A stretch of DNA of 64,000 nucleotides from Calditrichia bacterium (GTDB lineage: Bacteria > Calditrichota > Calditrichia > JAJRVZ01), in assembly GCA_963796965.1 (NCBI GenBank), contig CAWCNS010000004.1, positions 64,001-128,000 of the forward strand, in the 5' to 3' direction. Shown in pieces: positions 51,678-63,928 of the stretch. Below the pieces are notes generated by a model, which was given only the letters and a program-made list of their open reading frames with translations, did no database searches and was not told where the DNA came from. Both the position numbers and the translations under genes were made by a program. Each line of letters begins with the position of its first letter. The first letter of the stretch is position 1.

Positions 51678-54032
51678 ATGAAATTATTTCGGCAAATCCT
51701 CCTTGCCATAAGCGTACTCTTAATTATTGTCATATTCTTTATGATCTCCGTCTCAAGAACAAAGGAGCCAGTTGACTATGTCGATCCTTTTATTGGTACT
51801 GATTTTTATGCCAATACTTTTCCCGGTCCGGGGCTTCCAAGCGGTATGGTTCATCTAAGCCCGGATACGGATGTGACCGGGTGGGATTATTGCGGTGGCT
51901 ACAAGTACAGGGACAATTCCATTATTGGATTTAGTCATACTCATTATAGTGGAACCGGATGGCCCAGTAAGGGGGAGATATTGTTTATGCCGACGATTGG
52001 CCAGGAAATGCTTATTTTTCCGGGAACAAGAGATAATCCGGATGCAGGCTATCGCTCTCGTTTCAGCCATCAGCGTGAACAGGCATCCCCTGGCTATTAT
52101 TCTGTTTATCTCGATGATTATGATATAAAAGTGGAATTAACCACCACTCGACGTGCCGGAATGCATCGTTATACGTTTCCGGCATCGCCGGATGCCCATA
52201 TTATCCTTGATCTTGGCCATATGATTGGGTTTAAAACGGGTGGAGATTCCCATCTGCGTTTTGTTAATGATAGAGAGATAGAGGGTTATAAAAAAGGACA
52301 TGGTACCATCATCTATTTTGTGGCGGAGTTTAGTAAACCTTTCCATACCTATGGTGTCTGGGATAAAACCTATGATAAACCAGAAACAGATATGTTTCTA
52401 AATCCTTATAAGACGGCAGAAAAAGGTAACAACATTGGTGGATTTATAAATTACCAAACGGAAGAGGGTGAGGTTGTTCTGGTAAAAGTTGCCCTTTCTT
52501 ATATCAGTATTGATGGCGCCCGAAAGAATATGGAAGAAGAAATTCCTCACTGGGATTTTGACCGGGTGAAGGAAAGTGCCAGAAAAACTTGGAATAAAGC
52601 ACTTAGTGTGGTTGAGGTTAAAGGCAAAAATGACGATCAAAAGCAAATATTTTATACATCTCTTTACCATTCATTATTGGCGATGAATATTTCATCGGAT
52701 GTAGATGGGAATTACATTGGTATGGATGGTAATGTACATAAAGCAATCGACTACAATTTTTATCCATCTTTTTATGCCTGGGATACTTATCGAAGTCAAC
52801 ATCCCCTAATCACATTAGTGGCCCCGGATCAGGTTGATGACCTGATCAAGTCAATCGAATCCAAGGTTAAAAACTATGGCTGGCTGCCTGCTCAGCATGT
52901 GCGAAATAAATATGGTCAGGGCATGGTCGGTGATCATTTGGTTCCTGTGATTGTCGATGCCTACCTGAAAGGATTCCGGGATTTTGATGTTGAGTTGCTG
53001 TATCAGGCCATGCGTACAAAGGCACTTGAGTTACCACCCAAGCCACATCCTCCTTCTGAAGCACGGGCGGGATTGGAATATTATCTCAAACTAGGATATA
53101 CGCCTGCAGACCGAATCTCGGAATCAGTGGCGAATACCCTAGAATTGGCCTATGATGACTGGTGCATTGCGCAGTTAGCTCGTGAACTCGGAAAAAAAGA
53201 TGATTATCAATTATTTATAAACCGGGCGGAGAATTATAAAAATGTCTTTGAACCAGTGAGCCAATTTATGCGTCCAAGGGGTGTTAACGGATCCTGGCTG
53301 CCAGATTGTAAGGGTGAACCCCCGATTGGACATTATGGGGAACATTCTTATTATGCTTGTTTTGATCCTTTGTGGATAGGTATACGGCCGAACCGACATT
53401 ATGCAGAATCCAATGCCTGGCAATATTTATGGTTTGTCCCCCACGATGTACCCGGTCTTATTGATTTGTTTGGCAACAAAGAGAATTTTATCACCAAGCT
53501 GGATAACTGTTTCACGATGAGTCCGGTTGTCAATGGGACGAATTATGTGGGTGTTGTCGGTACCATCGGACAATATGTCCATGGCAACCAACCTTCACAC
53601 CATGTTACCTATCTATACAATTATGCTGGTCAGCCCTGGAAATCTCAAAAATATGCACGGAAGGTAATGGATGAGTTATACAAAACCGGACCTGGCGGGC
53701 TCTGTGGAAATGAGGATATGGGCTCCTTGTCTTCCTGGTATGTCTTTAGTGCCTTAGGATTTTATCCGGTTAGTCCTGGCGAGAACCGTTATATGATAGG
53801 CTCACCAATTTTTGAAAAGGCAATCCTCCACTTGCGGGCACCTTATGAGGAAAATACGTTTGACGTTATTGCCAATCATGTCTCAGAGAAGAATATTTAT
53901 ATCCAGTCGGCAAAACTAAACGGTCAGACTTATAATAAATCATGGATTGAGCATGGGGATATTGTAAAAGGTGGAATCATAGAATTTGAAATGGGGCCCG
54001 AGCCGAATAAAAACTGGGGCGTTTCTCCCTGA
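51678..54032 (+). CDS. GH92 alpha-mannosidase
   Basis: YVDPFIGT, GFSHTHYSGTG, WDTYRSQHPL, TLELAYDDW, ESNAWQY, YVHGNQPSHH, GNEDMGSLSSW. Confidence 0.93.
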   Translation: MKLFRQILLAISVLLIIVIFFMISVSRTKEPVDYVDPFIGTDFYANTFPGPGLPSGMVHLSPDTDVTGWDYCGGYKYRDNSIIGFSHTHYSGTGWPSKGEILFMPTIGQEMLIFPGTRDNPDAGYRSRFSHQREQASPGYYSVYLDDYDIKVELTTTRRAGMHRYTFPASPDAHIILDLGHMIGFKTGGDSHLRFVNDREIEGYKKGHGTIIYFVAEFSKPFHTYGVWDKTYDKPETDMFLNPYKTAEKGNNIGGFINYQTEEGEVVLVKVALSYISIDGARKNMEEEIPHWDFDRVKESARKTWNKALSVVEVKGKNDDQKQIFYTSLYHSLLAMNISSDVDGNYIGMDGNVHKAIDYNFYPSFYAWDTYRSQHPLITLVAPDQVDDLIKSIESKVKNYGWLPAQHVRNKYGQGMVGDHLVPVIVDAYLKGFRDFDVELLYQAMRTKALELPPKPHPPSEARAGLEYYLKLGYTPADRISESVANTLELAYDDWCIAQLARELGKKDDYQLFINRAENYKNVFEPVSQFMRPRGVNGSWLPDCKGEPPIGHYGEHSYYACFDPLWIGIRPNRHYAESNAWQYLWFVPHDVPGLIDLFGNKENFITKLDNCFTMSPVVNGTNYVGVVGTIGQYVHGNQPSHHVTYLYNYAGQPWKSQKYARKVMDELYKTGPGGLCGNEDMGSLSSWYVFSALGFYPVSPGENRYMIGSPIFEKAILHLRAPYEENTFDVIANHVSEKNIYIQSAKLNGQTYNKSWIEHGDIVKGGIIEFEMGPEPNKNWGVSP

Positions 54033-54048
54033 ATGTGAAAGAAAGAAA

Positions 54049-54170
54049 TCCACGGATTACACTAATTATGACGAATTTCACGAATTAGAATAAAAGTAGG
54101 AAAGAACTTTGTAGCACAGAGATCTGAGAGAGTAAAATTATTCAATTATATCTCTGCGAAACTCTGCGTG
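54049..54170. repeat. Composite of 9-mer repeat half-elements
   Basis: TCCACGGATTACACTAATT shared with 46971; CACAGAG../..CTCTGCGAAACTCTGCGTG pair. Confidence 0.7.
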
Positions 54171-54220
54171 AAAAAAACGCGTGTATCATTGAGCAAATAC
54201 TATTTTTAGAGGGATTGAAT

Positions 54221-56389
54221 ATGAAAAACAAACAGAACATCTGTATGATGGCCATTTTGGTAATGGTACTTCAATTAAGTTGTCAGGACTCCTCACAAAA
54301 CAAACCTCAGGCAGCCATACGGGGATTGGTACAGCGCCTCATTCCTGAACATGGGGATGGCTTTGAATTTGAGACTATTGCTCAGGAATTCGGAAAAGAT
54401 GTTTTTGAGATTGAAAGTATAAACAATAAGATTGTTATCCGTGGCAATAATGGCGTTTCTATGGCCATGGGTCTTAACTGGTATCTTAAATATTATGCTC
54501 ATTGTGATGTCTCCTTGTTTGGAAATCAATTAGACCTTCCGGAGAAGTTGCCTGAAGTGACTCAAAAACTTCGTCGGATTAGCCCGGAGAAATACCGTTA
54601 TATGCTCAACTACTGCTCTTTTGGATATACCATGGCCTGGTATGATTGGGATCAGTGGGAAAAATTAATCGATTGGATGGCGTTAAATGGTATCAATCTG
54701 CCTTTAGCTGTAACCGGTCAGGAGGCTGTCTGGCGGGAAGTCGGTAAGCGTTTGGATATAAACGATCTCAGTGATTTCTTCCCAGGTCCTCCTTATTTAC
54801 CCTTTTGCTGGATGGGCTGTCTTGATAATTGGGGAGGACCCTTACCTGAAAAGTGGATTGATCAGCGTTACGATTTACAGAAAAAGATTCTTACCCGTGA
54901 ACGGGATTTGGGCATGACCCCTGTTCTGCAGGGATTTACGGGTCATATTCCAGAGGTTTTTGTAAAAAAATATCCCGAAAGTAAAGTCCAAAAGATCAAC
55001 TGGATTGAATGGGAAACCTATGTGCTTGACCCTCTGGATCCATTATTTAAAAAACTGGGTAACCTTTTTCTTGAGGAACAAGAAAAACTTTACGGAACCG
55101 ATCATCATTATGCCGCTGATACGTTCATCGAAATGGTACCTCCCAGTGGTGAACCAGAGTATTTACGTCAGATGGCCCGTTCGATTCTGGAAGGAATGAC
55201 CGGACATGATCCAAAGGCTGTCTGGCTTCTGCAAGGTTGGGCCTTCTCTAATCAGCCGAAATTCTGGACTCCTGAACGTTTGGAAACTTTTCTGACAGCG
55301 GTTCCCAATGAACATATCCTTCTACTAGATTTATTTTGTGAAAGTGTGGAGATGTGGAAACAAACGGAGGCTTTTTATGGCAAACCGTGGTTGTGGTGTA
55401 ATATTCAGTCCTTTGGTGCTAATGTGGATATGCATGGGCCGCTCCCTCGAATTAACAATCGCCTTAACAATGCCAGGATGAGTAATGAGAGAGGAGAGAG
55501 GAGCGGATTGGGATTTGTCAATGAGGGATTTGAGGGAAATCCGGTGGTGTATGAGTTTCTAACTGAGCTGGCCTGGCATGATAAGGCCGTTGATCTGGAT
55601 AAATGGATTGAAGATTATGCGCGGGCGCGCTATGGTAAACAAAATGAAAACACCCAAAAGGCCTGGGCCAATCTCCTCGCTTCGACGTATAGCGATGTTT
55701 TAGATTATATGATTTTTCTCAGTGCCAACCGTTATCCCAGAACCAAGCCTTCTGCCGGACCCGCCTATGACACAAAAAAAGTGACAGAAGCCTGGAAATT
55801 ATTATTAGACGTTGGGGATGCCTTCGCCGAAAAAGAAACTTTTAGGTATGATGTGGTCAGTATCGGCATGCAGGTGTTAACTAACTTCACCTATAATTTG
55901 CATGTAAAAATGATCAACTATTTGAATGAGAAAAATTTATCTAAATTCAATGCCACCGCTCAGTTATTTTTAGATGTGCTCAAAGATCTTGATGAGCTGG
56001 CCGCTACCCACAAACAATTTTTGTTTGGACATTGGTTGGTGGATGCACGGCGCTGGGGGCAAACAGAAAAGGAGAAGGATTTGCAGGAATGGAATGCACG
56101 GCGGATTCTAACCACCTGGGGTAGCGGTGATAATATACGGGATTATTCGCGTCGCAACTGGTCTGGGATGCTCAGCAGCTATTACCGGCCACGATGGAAA
56201 AGATTTATAGAAGCAATGAGAAATTCTCTGGAAACAGGTACCACTTTTGAAGAGGAAAAGATCAATCAGGAATTATTAGAATGGGAAAGATCATGGACAG
56301 AGAAAATCGAAAGTTTTCCGGCAGAACCTGTGGGGGACTATCTTGAGGTGGCCCGGCGGTTGTGGGGGAAGTATCAGGTGCATTTGTAG
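54221..56389 (+). CDS. GH89 alpha-N-acetylglucosaminidase lipoprotein
   Basis: RYMLNYCSFGYTMAW.DW..WE..IDWMALNGINLPLA..GQE; DTFIEM; NARRILTTWG; DY..R.WSGML. Confidence 0.93.
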   Translation: MKNKQNICMMAILVMVLQLSCQDSSQNKPQAAIRGLVQRLIPEHGDGFEFETIAQEFGKDVFEIESINNKIVIRGNNGVSMAMGLNWYLKYYAHCDVSLFGNQLDLPEKLPEVTQKLRRISPEKYRYMLNYCSFGYTMAWYDWDQWEKLIDWMALNGINLPLAVTGQEAVWREVGKRLDINDLSDFFPGPPYLPFCWMGCLDNWGGPLPEKWIDQRYDLQKKILTRERDLGMTPVLQGFTGHIPEVFVKKYPESKVQKINWIEWETYVLDPLDPLFKKLGNLFLEEQEKLYGTDHHYAADTFIEMVPPSGEPEYLRQMARSILEGMTGHDPKAVWLLQGWAFSNQPKFWTPERLETFLTAVPNEHILLLDLFCESVEMWKQTEAFYGKPWLWCNIQSFGANVDMHGPLPRINNRLNNARMSNERGERSGLGFVNEGFEGNPVVYEFLTELAWHDKAVDLDKWIEDYARARYGKQNENTQKAWANLLASTYSDVLDYMIFLSANRYPRTKPSAGPAYDTKKVTEAWKLLLDVGDAFAEKETFRYDVVSIGMQVLTNFTYNLHVKMINYLNEKNLSKFNATAQLFLDVLKDLDELAATHKQFLFGHWLVDARRWGQTEKEKDLQEWNARRILTTWGSGDNIRDYSRRNWSGMLSSYYRPRWKRFIEAMRNSLETGTTFEEEKINQELLEWERSWTEKIESFPAEPVGDYLEVARRLWGKYQVHL

Positions 56390-56630
56390 AAAAGAGAAGA
56401 GAGAAGAGCATAGCGCGTAAGGTGTATAGAGTAGAGTGTGGAGTGTAGAAATATAATTGAATGGGCTAGGCAGCACCAAGCCCATTTTACAAGGATATAT
56501 TAATAAGAGTCTGAATCAAATATTCAAGTCACTGGCTATGGCTTTATGGAAACTGTAATTTGGGACTGTTGAATCTTGATCTGTCGTCAGGACAGGTTTA
56601 TTTGGTATCCAAAAATTAGAAAATAGTAGA

Positions 56631-56656
56631 AGATCCTGAAATAAATTCAGGATGAC
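56631..56656. repeat. GTCATCCTGAA-type palindromic repeat (identical to 37197-37222)
   Basis: 26 bp identity. Confidence 0.85.
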
Positions 56657-56936
56657 TTTAATAAAATAATTGAAAAAGGAAGTTAGTGAAATTAGAATAA
56701 ATTCGAGATATCAGTGGATCGATTTCTCACCACTTTCTTTTCTCCCTCCTGATCCATCCTCTTCTGCTTTCTTTTCAAGCAATACGTGAAAACCCGTCCA
56801 TCTATATCATTTGAATGCTATTATATTGGCCTATATATTTCTTGCCTAATCAATAAATAAAACTTATTTTACCTTAGAACTTTTAATCCGTCTTCAATTC
56901 TTATATTCCTGATCTGACCATGAAGGAGCAATTCCA

Positions 56937-59900
56937 ATGTCATGGTGTTACAGATTATTGATACTTCTATTATATCTTTACACATCTCAACTCTATTCTG
57001 CTGATGAGTTTGAACTACGTTTTGAGCAAATTAGCAGAGCCGAGGGCTTATCGCAATCTACAGTAAATTGTTTTTTGATGGATCGTAATGGATTTATCTG
57101 GATTGGTACCTGTGTAGGTTTAAATCGTTATGATGGTTACAATTTTAAAATCTATAGACCTGAACCAGGTAATCCAAATAGTCTAAGCCATGTATTTGTT
57201 CAGTCGCTCTACGAGGATCCATCCGATACGTGCCATGTTTTGTGGATTGGCACCCAAGGCGGCGGCTTAAACCGGCTTGATCTGGAAACAGAAACCTTTA
57301 CTCATTATCGCTCTGATTCTGAGAAATCCTCTAGTATAGGTGGAGATATCGTCTATGAAATATGTCCGGATAGGGATGGTTATTTATGGATAACAAGCTG
57401 GGATGGTGGCCTGAGCAGGTTTGATCTAAAGCAAAAAACATTTAAAAATTATCGCCATGATCCCTTGAACTCTAATTCACTTTCAAGTAATCAGACAAAT
57501 CCAATTATCAGAGATCATCGTGGCTATCTGTGGATAGGTACGGAAGGTGGTGGTCTGAATTGTTTTAGATCCGCAATCGGAAGAATGGATTCGTATCAAA
57601 CATGATCCATCTGATCCGACCAGTCTTAGCAATGATTTTATCTGGTCATTATATGAGGACAGTATCAAAAATCTATGGGTTGGAACAAAAAATGGTCTAA
57701 ATAAACTAAATCTTGATGATTTTTATAGGGGAAGGAACAATAAACAGATCCAAAAGATTAATTTTAAAATATATAAGAATGATCGCAATGATCCAACAAG
57801 TATCAGCCATAGCTGGATTATATCAGTTACAGAAGGATTTAAAAATGAATTGTGGATTGCTACCCATGGTGGTGGTTTAAATAAATTCGATACGAGAACA
57901 CAGAAATTTACACAATATCAAAAAAACAGTTAATCCTCATGGCTTAAAAAATAATGATCTAAAACGTGTATATATAGATCCCCTGAAACAAGCGCTCTGG
58001 ATTGGAAGTGAAAGCGGTGGGATTTATAAAGTTATTCATAATCAGAAAAAATTCAGACATTTTCAAAATGATCCTCGTGATCCAAACTCTTTAGGTCATA
58101 ATACACTATTCGGTATTTGTGAAGATAAAGATGGTATTATCTGGCTTGCCACCCAAATGCGTGGTATTGATAAATTTGATCCAAAAAGGAATAAGTTCAG
58201 CCATTTTTATCATAATCCCAATGATCCCTACAGCCTACCTCATGATAAAACACAAGATGTATTTGAAGATCGGAATGGAAACCTATGGATAGGTGGTGCC
58301 CATGGATTGGTAAGGTATGACCGGCAAAATGAACGATTTATCAACTATCTTATGCGAAGAATATAATTCAGAGGGCCGGGCACCGGTCTGGATAGATGAG
58401 ATAACAGAAGATCCCTATTCAAATGAAGAAGCCATATGGATTGCTACAATTGGTTCAGGTCTTACAAAGTTTTATTATAATGAAAATAGATATGTCATCT
58501 ATCAACATAAGCCCTGAGGATCCGAATTCATTATGTAATCCTTATATCATAACTGTATATGTTGATCCGGATAGTTCTAAAAGATAGTCTATGGATTGGC
58601 ACTGAAAACGGATTAGACCAGTTTGATTTATTTACTGAAAATTTCACCCATTACAGAAATGATCCAAGGAATCCCAAGAGCCTAAATAATAATTCAGTCT
58701 GGGCTATTCATCGAGATAAAACAGGTGTTCTTTGGGTAGGTTCCAATGGTGGTGGTTTAAATCGTTTTGATGAGCAAAATAATGCTTTTATTCATTTTAC
58801 AGAAAAAGAGGGATTATCGAGTAATAATGTTTGTCGAATCCTGGAAGATGGCAAAGGCAATTTGTGGATAAGCAGTTTTAAGGGATTATCACGATTTAAT
58901 CCCCGGACAAAGCAATTTAAAAATTATTTTTGTGGCGATGGTTTACAGAGTGATGAATTCTGGCCAGTATCTGCTGAACATTCAAATCAGGTCTCATGTA
59001 TTTTGGTGGTGTTAATGGATTAACAGTGTTCCACCCAGATAGTATAACAGAGAATAAAAATATCCCGCCTATTGTATTTACCGATTTAAATTATTTAACC
59101 AAAGTGTCAATCCAGGTGAAAATGGCCCTCTAAGTAGATCCATATCAGAATCTGAGGAAATTGTTCTGTCCTATGACCAGGATATCATGACTTTTGAATT
59201 TGCTGCTTTGGATTATTTACATTCCTCGAAATAATAAATATGCCTATAAAATGGAAGGTGTCGATCGTGATTGGGTTTATACAGATGCCGCCCGCAGATT
59301 TGCTACCTATACCAAATTGGATCCTGGTAATTATAGGTTCATTGTAAAGGGTTCAAATAACGATGGGTATATGGAATGAGAAAGGAACTTCTATCCGTAT
59401 CATTATCCTGCCACCCTGGTGGCGAACCAGATGGGCTTATCTTTTATATATCATTTTGGAATTGCCTTACTTGTATCTGTCTGGAATTTTCAGTTAAAGC
59501 GACATGCGTATGAAACATCAAAGGGAATTGGAACATGTAGAGACGGAAAAATTGAAAGAAGTTGACCGTATAAAAACCCACTTTTTTGCCAATATTTCCC
59601 ATGAATTCCGCACGCCCTTAACTCTGATCAAAGGACCGGTTGAAAATTTTATACGCGGGGATTTTCGCGGAAATTTGAAAGAACAGGGCAGGCTCATCCT
59701 CGGAAATGTCAATCAATTATTAGGACTGGTTAACCAATTATTGGATCTGTCTAAACTTGAATCAGACAAGATGCGTCTGCGGGCAGAAAAGACAAACCTG
59801 ATGCCAATCATAAAGGGACTGGTACAGTCATTTGCCTCATTGGCCACACAGAAAAATATCAGATTGGAATTTAATCCACCCAATGAGTCCGATTGAACTG

Positions 59901-61172
59901 TATCTCGATCATGAAAAATTTGAGAAGATCATTAATAACCTTCTTTCCAATGCTTTTAAGTTTATACCTCATGGAGGGAGGATAAGAGTAGATTGCGGAA
60001 TTCGGAATGCGGACTTAATGGCAGAGAATAATTCCGAATTGCAAATTACTAATTCCGATTTTGTAGAAATCAAAATCTCCAATACCGGTCCTGGTATTCC
60101 CGCTGATCAGCTGGACAGGATTTTTGAACGTTTCTATCAAGATAGATGACTCACAAATCCGCCGTTTTGGCGGAACAGGAATCGGATTGGCCCTGGTAAA
60201 AGAATTAGTTGAATTGCATCATGGGGAAATCAGCGTAAACAGTGTTGAAAATGGCGAGACAAGTTTCGCCATTTTTCTGCCCATGGGCCGGGAGGCATTT
60301 TCTGATCAGGAAATTGTTAAGGTAAGTAAGGACCCAGAAGAGGATAAAGAAAATGAGACAGACCTATCTGAAGTCAAAAATCCGCATCCCCTCATTCCTG
60401 CCGCCGTTACAGGCAGAGAAAAAGTTTTGATTGTTGAAGATCATACCGGTGTGCAGGATTATATTGGCAATACATTGGAAGATTATTATCGCATTTTAAA
60501 AGCAATAAACGGTAAAGAAGGATTGCAGGTTGCCCGTGACAAAATGCCCGATCTGATTATTACCGATGTGATGATGCCGGAGATGGATGGCTTTACCTTT
60601 TGCAGGGAGGTAAAAAAAGATGTATCAATCAGTCATATACCGGTTATCCTGGTCACTGCCCGGGCCGGACAGGAAGATAAAATGGAAGGTCTGGAGACCG
60701 GTGCCGACGATTTCCTGACCAAACCCTTTGATAGCATTGAATTAGTGACACGGGTAAAGAATCTGCTTGAACAACGACGCCGATTACGAGAACATTATAT
60801 CAATGAACCAAACTTACAACTCAGTAAGATAACCACAACCTCCGTTGATGAAAGATTCCTCAGCCAATTAAAGTCGATTATTGAAAATAATCTTTCTGAT
60901 GCAGGATTAGATGTGGAATACCTGACCCGTCAAATGGGCAGCAGCTATGCCCATATATATCGAAAAATAAAAGCCCTGACAGGACTATCGCCAGTTGCCT
61001 TTATCCGACTTGTGCGTTTGACCAAAGCCCGAGAGTGCTTAAAAATAATCATGGTAATATTTCTGAAGTGGCTTTTGAGGTTGGATTTGAAAGCCTGCAG
61101 TACTTTTCACGCTGTTTCAGTCGGCAGTATGGTATATCACCGTCCGTATTTTTAAAGCAACATCATTCTTAA
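56937..61172 (+). CDS. Hybrid two-component sensor/regulator (Reg_prop propellers, Y_Y_Y, HisKA, HATPase, receiver, AraC HTH); many frameshifts
   Basis: LWIGT.GGGLN repeats; KYAYKMEG.D..W..ATYTKL.PG.Y; FFANISHEFRTPLTLI; NLLSNAFKF; GTGIGLALVK; PDLIITDVMMP; shifted-frame ISEVAFEVGF..QYFSRCF..YG.SPS ending 61172. Confidence 0.88.
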
Positions 61173-61462
61173 CGATATTTTCTCTCTATACATAATTTTA
61201 TCTTTTTGCATGATTTGTATCATATTTAGATTAATATGTGCAAACCTTTGATTAATTCTCTGATTATCTTGATACAGAATCCTACTTTATTTAGCGAAAA
61301 TCTCAATTAAGAACTTTGCCAAATCATTTTATAAAAGAATATTAGTACACTTTAAAACTTTCATAAGCGTGAGATCAGAGAAATGCTGACTGAGTAATAG
61401 TTGATAAATTATCAATGTCTTAAAATATTGAACCTAATCCATTAAACAAGGAGGACCCAGTC

Positions 61463-62002
61463 ATGCGTCTATTAATCGTTTTAATTATGGCGTTCGTAAT
61501 AAGTGTATTTTTTATATTTAGTTGCGAAAACGCCACAAAACCTACAGAAGTTTCTCAAACAGATCAATCAGAAATTGTACCGCTGGCAAAAGCCTCAAAA
61601 ACAATGAGTCGTGAAATTGTTGAAGAAGATTGGTATTTGCCCGGAGAATGTTTGGGTGAAATGCTCAATATCCATTATGTGGATGAACTTACCGTGCGTA
61701 CAATAATTGATGGTAAAGGCGGATATCATTCCTTTGTCCATTATCGGCCAATTGCAACCGTTGCTATCGGTGAAGATACCGGAAGAGAATGGCGTCCGGT
61801 TGGTTCTGTACCCATCATAGAGCATTACGGCAAGTTAGGAGAAAAATATATTCTTACCAGTGCAGGATGTTACAACTGGAAAGCGCAGCAAAAGGGACCT
61901 AATCTTATCGAACCATGGACCATGCATATCACTGTAAATGCCGATGGGGAGACCATTGTCAGCAAAGAAAGCATACGGTTTATTTGTAATCCGGAGAAAT
62001 AG
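61463..62002 (+). CDS. Hypothetical lipoprotein
   Basis: RBS AAGGAGG; lipobox IFSC. Confidence 0.75.
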   Translation: MRLLIVLIMAFVISVFFIFSCENATKPTEVSQTDQSEIVPLAKASKTMSREIVEEDWYLPGECLGEMLNIHYVDELTVRTIIDGKGGYHSFVHYRPIATVAIGEDTGREWRPVGSVPIIEHYGKLGEKYILTSAGCYNWKAQQKGPNLIEPWTMHITVNADGETIVSKESIRFICNPEK

Positions 62003-62035
62003 TAAATCTGATTTTCAATCAGAATATATGATTTC

Positions 62036-62166
62036 TCAAATAATGTCCAATACTTAAAGCCAAATGACAAATCAATACCAAAATTTGAATGTCTAAAATC
62101 TATAGCGAGATTTTTGCACTTGGAATTGGGATTTGATTTGACATTTGGTTTTGGACATTTGGAATT
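62036..62166. repeat. Degenerate heptamer inverted-repeat element (CAAATGA/CCAAA .. TTTGACA/TTTGG)
   Basis: CCAAATGACAAATCAA pairs with TTGATTTGACATTTGG. Confidence 0.65.
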
Positions 62167-62183
62167 CAAAGTGGAGACTTGCC

Positions 62184-63928
62184 ATGAAATCTCTTATAAT
62201 ATCTATTTTGATTATTGCGGTATTCTATTCAACAGGAAAAGCCGGTATCATCCATGTCCCTACCGATACTGCTACTATCCAGGGAGGTATTTACTTGGCC
62301 CAGGAGGGTGATACGGTGCTCGTGGCTGAAAACACCTATTATGAAAATATCAATTTTAAGGGTAAAGCAATAACTGTAGCCAGTCAGTTTATCATGGATG
62401 GGGATACCAGTCATATATCCAAGACCACAATTGATGGAAGTAAATCTGCCAATCCTGACAGCGGATCTGTTGTGTATGCTGTTTCCGGGGAAGATACGAC
62501 TTCTGTAATATGTGGATTTACAATTACTGGAGGCACAGGTACAAAATTGCGTGACCCTAACTGGGGAGACTTCACTATGGGAGGTGGCATTTACATCCAA
62601 GAGTCGGGAGTTATTGTTGAAGATAATATTATTAAGAACAACCGGTTAGTGAATGCGGGTGATACGTATGGAGGAGGTATATCTGTATTAAAAATATTAG
62701 GTGGTAATAGATTCGTTATCATTCGAAATAATTCTATTGCTCATAATTTTCTCAAAGGAAATATGACAGGTGCGGGAGGAATATATATTGGATGGGAAGG
62801 CGAGCCAGTCATGAATTATATTATTGAGAATAATATAATTTCAAATAATATTGTTGAAAATACAGATAATTGGAAAGCTTATGGGAGGAGGGATATTTTT
62901 AGAATGTGTTTTACCATCTATAGGTACAAAAATAGTAAGAAACAATATCATAAAAGATAATGAACTTCATTGTATGAATAGCTTTGGTGGAGGGATATAT
63001 ATTATTGACTGGGATGATTTATCCACTGCATCAACTGTTGTTTATGATTCAACTCCCAATCCATTGATCTATAATAATCTTATTTGTGATAATTATTCTG
63101 AAAGCTATGGTGGAGGCGTTTCAATATGGCGCGCGGATTGGTATATACTTACGCCATCTCCAGGTGAAAATATTGTTCCCCAACCGGTCTTTATTAATAA
63201 TACTATTTCCAACAATCGTTCCAATAAGGGCTGGGGAATATTTATAATGAATTATTATCCTCTTTTTATTAACAACATTATCTGGAATAAGCCGACTCTG
63301 GATATTGGTAGTGAGATATATTTAGGCGATGTGGGATATTCATGGTCAAATGTATATGGAGACATTGAGATACTAAATTCAAATATCCAAAGTGGATGGA
63401 TAGGACAGGGAAATTTGGATTCAAATCCGAGTTTTTTGGACTCAATAAATTATTACTTGTCGAATGAGTCTTCATGCATCGATGCCGGGCATGACAGTAG
63501 TTTGTTTGATGACATTGAACAAGGAGGTGTTGCTGTCTGGCCGGCCATGGGTACTCTTCGCAATGATATGGGGGCTTATGGTGGTCCATATGAGTATTCC
63601 CACGAGGAGATGATCGGACTAATTGATTATATAACAGATATTAAGAAAAATATGGGAATGATCCCGTATAAGGTAAAATTATTTCAAAATTACCCTAATC
63701 CATTTAATCCTAAAACAATCAATTACCAATTACCAATTACCAATTTCGTGGACCTGAGCATCAATAATCTCCTCGGTCAAAAAGTAGCTACTCTTGTTTC
63801 TGAGAATAAAGTGGCCGGTTTTCACCAGGTTGAATGGGATGCGACGAATTTTTCCTCCGGTGTATATTACTATCGCTTGACGGCGGGTGATTTTATAGAA
63901 ACAAAAAAACTTGTCGCTGCTGAGGTAA
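62184..63928 (+). CDS. Secreted right-handed beta-helix repeat protein with C-terminal sorting domain (frameshifts at ~62880 and ~63915)
   Basis: IIHVP.D..TIQ..GDTVLV...YYENINF.GK.ITVAS; GGGI/NNxIxxN repeats; SSCIDAG..RNDMGAYGGP; LFQNYPNPFNP. Confidence 0.82.

Noticed and set aside
56937..61172. Apparent mass pseudogenisation or programmed frameshifting (hybrid TCS, kinase, M14 peptidase, MscS, SUMF1 fusion, FG-GAP, beta-helix and PA-like genes)
   Set aside because: Breaks are small indels, often at homopolymers, in unrelated genes with intact motifs. This is typical of uncorrected long-read assembly, but read data are needed to be sure.
61401..61415. TTGATAA-A-TTATCAA palindrome as FNR or Fur box
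   Set aside because: Spacing is one base too long for FNR and it only loosely fits Fur; plausible by chance in AT-rich DNA
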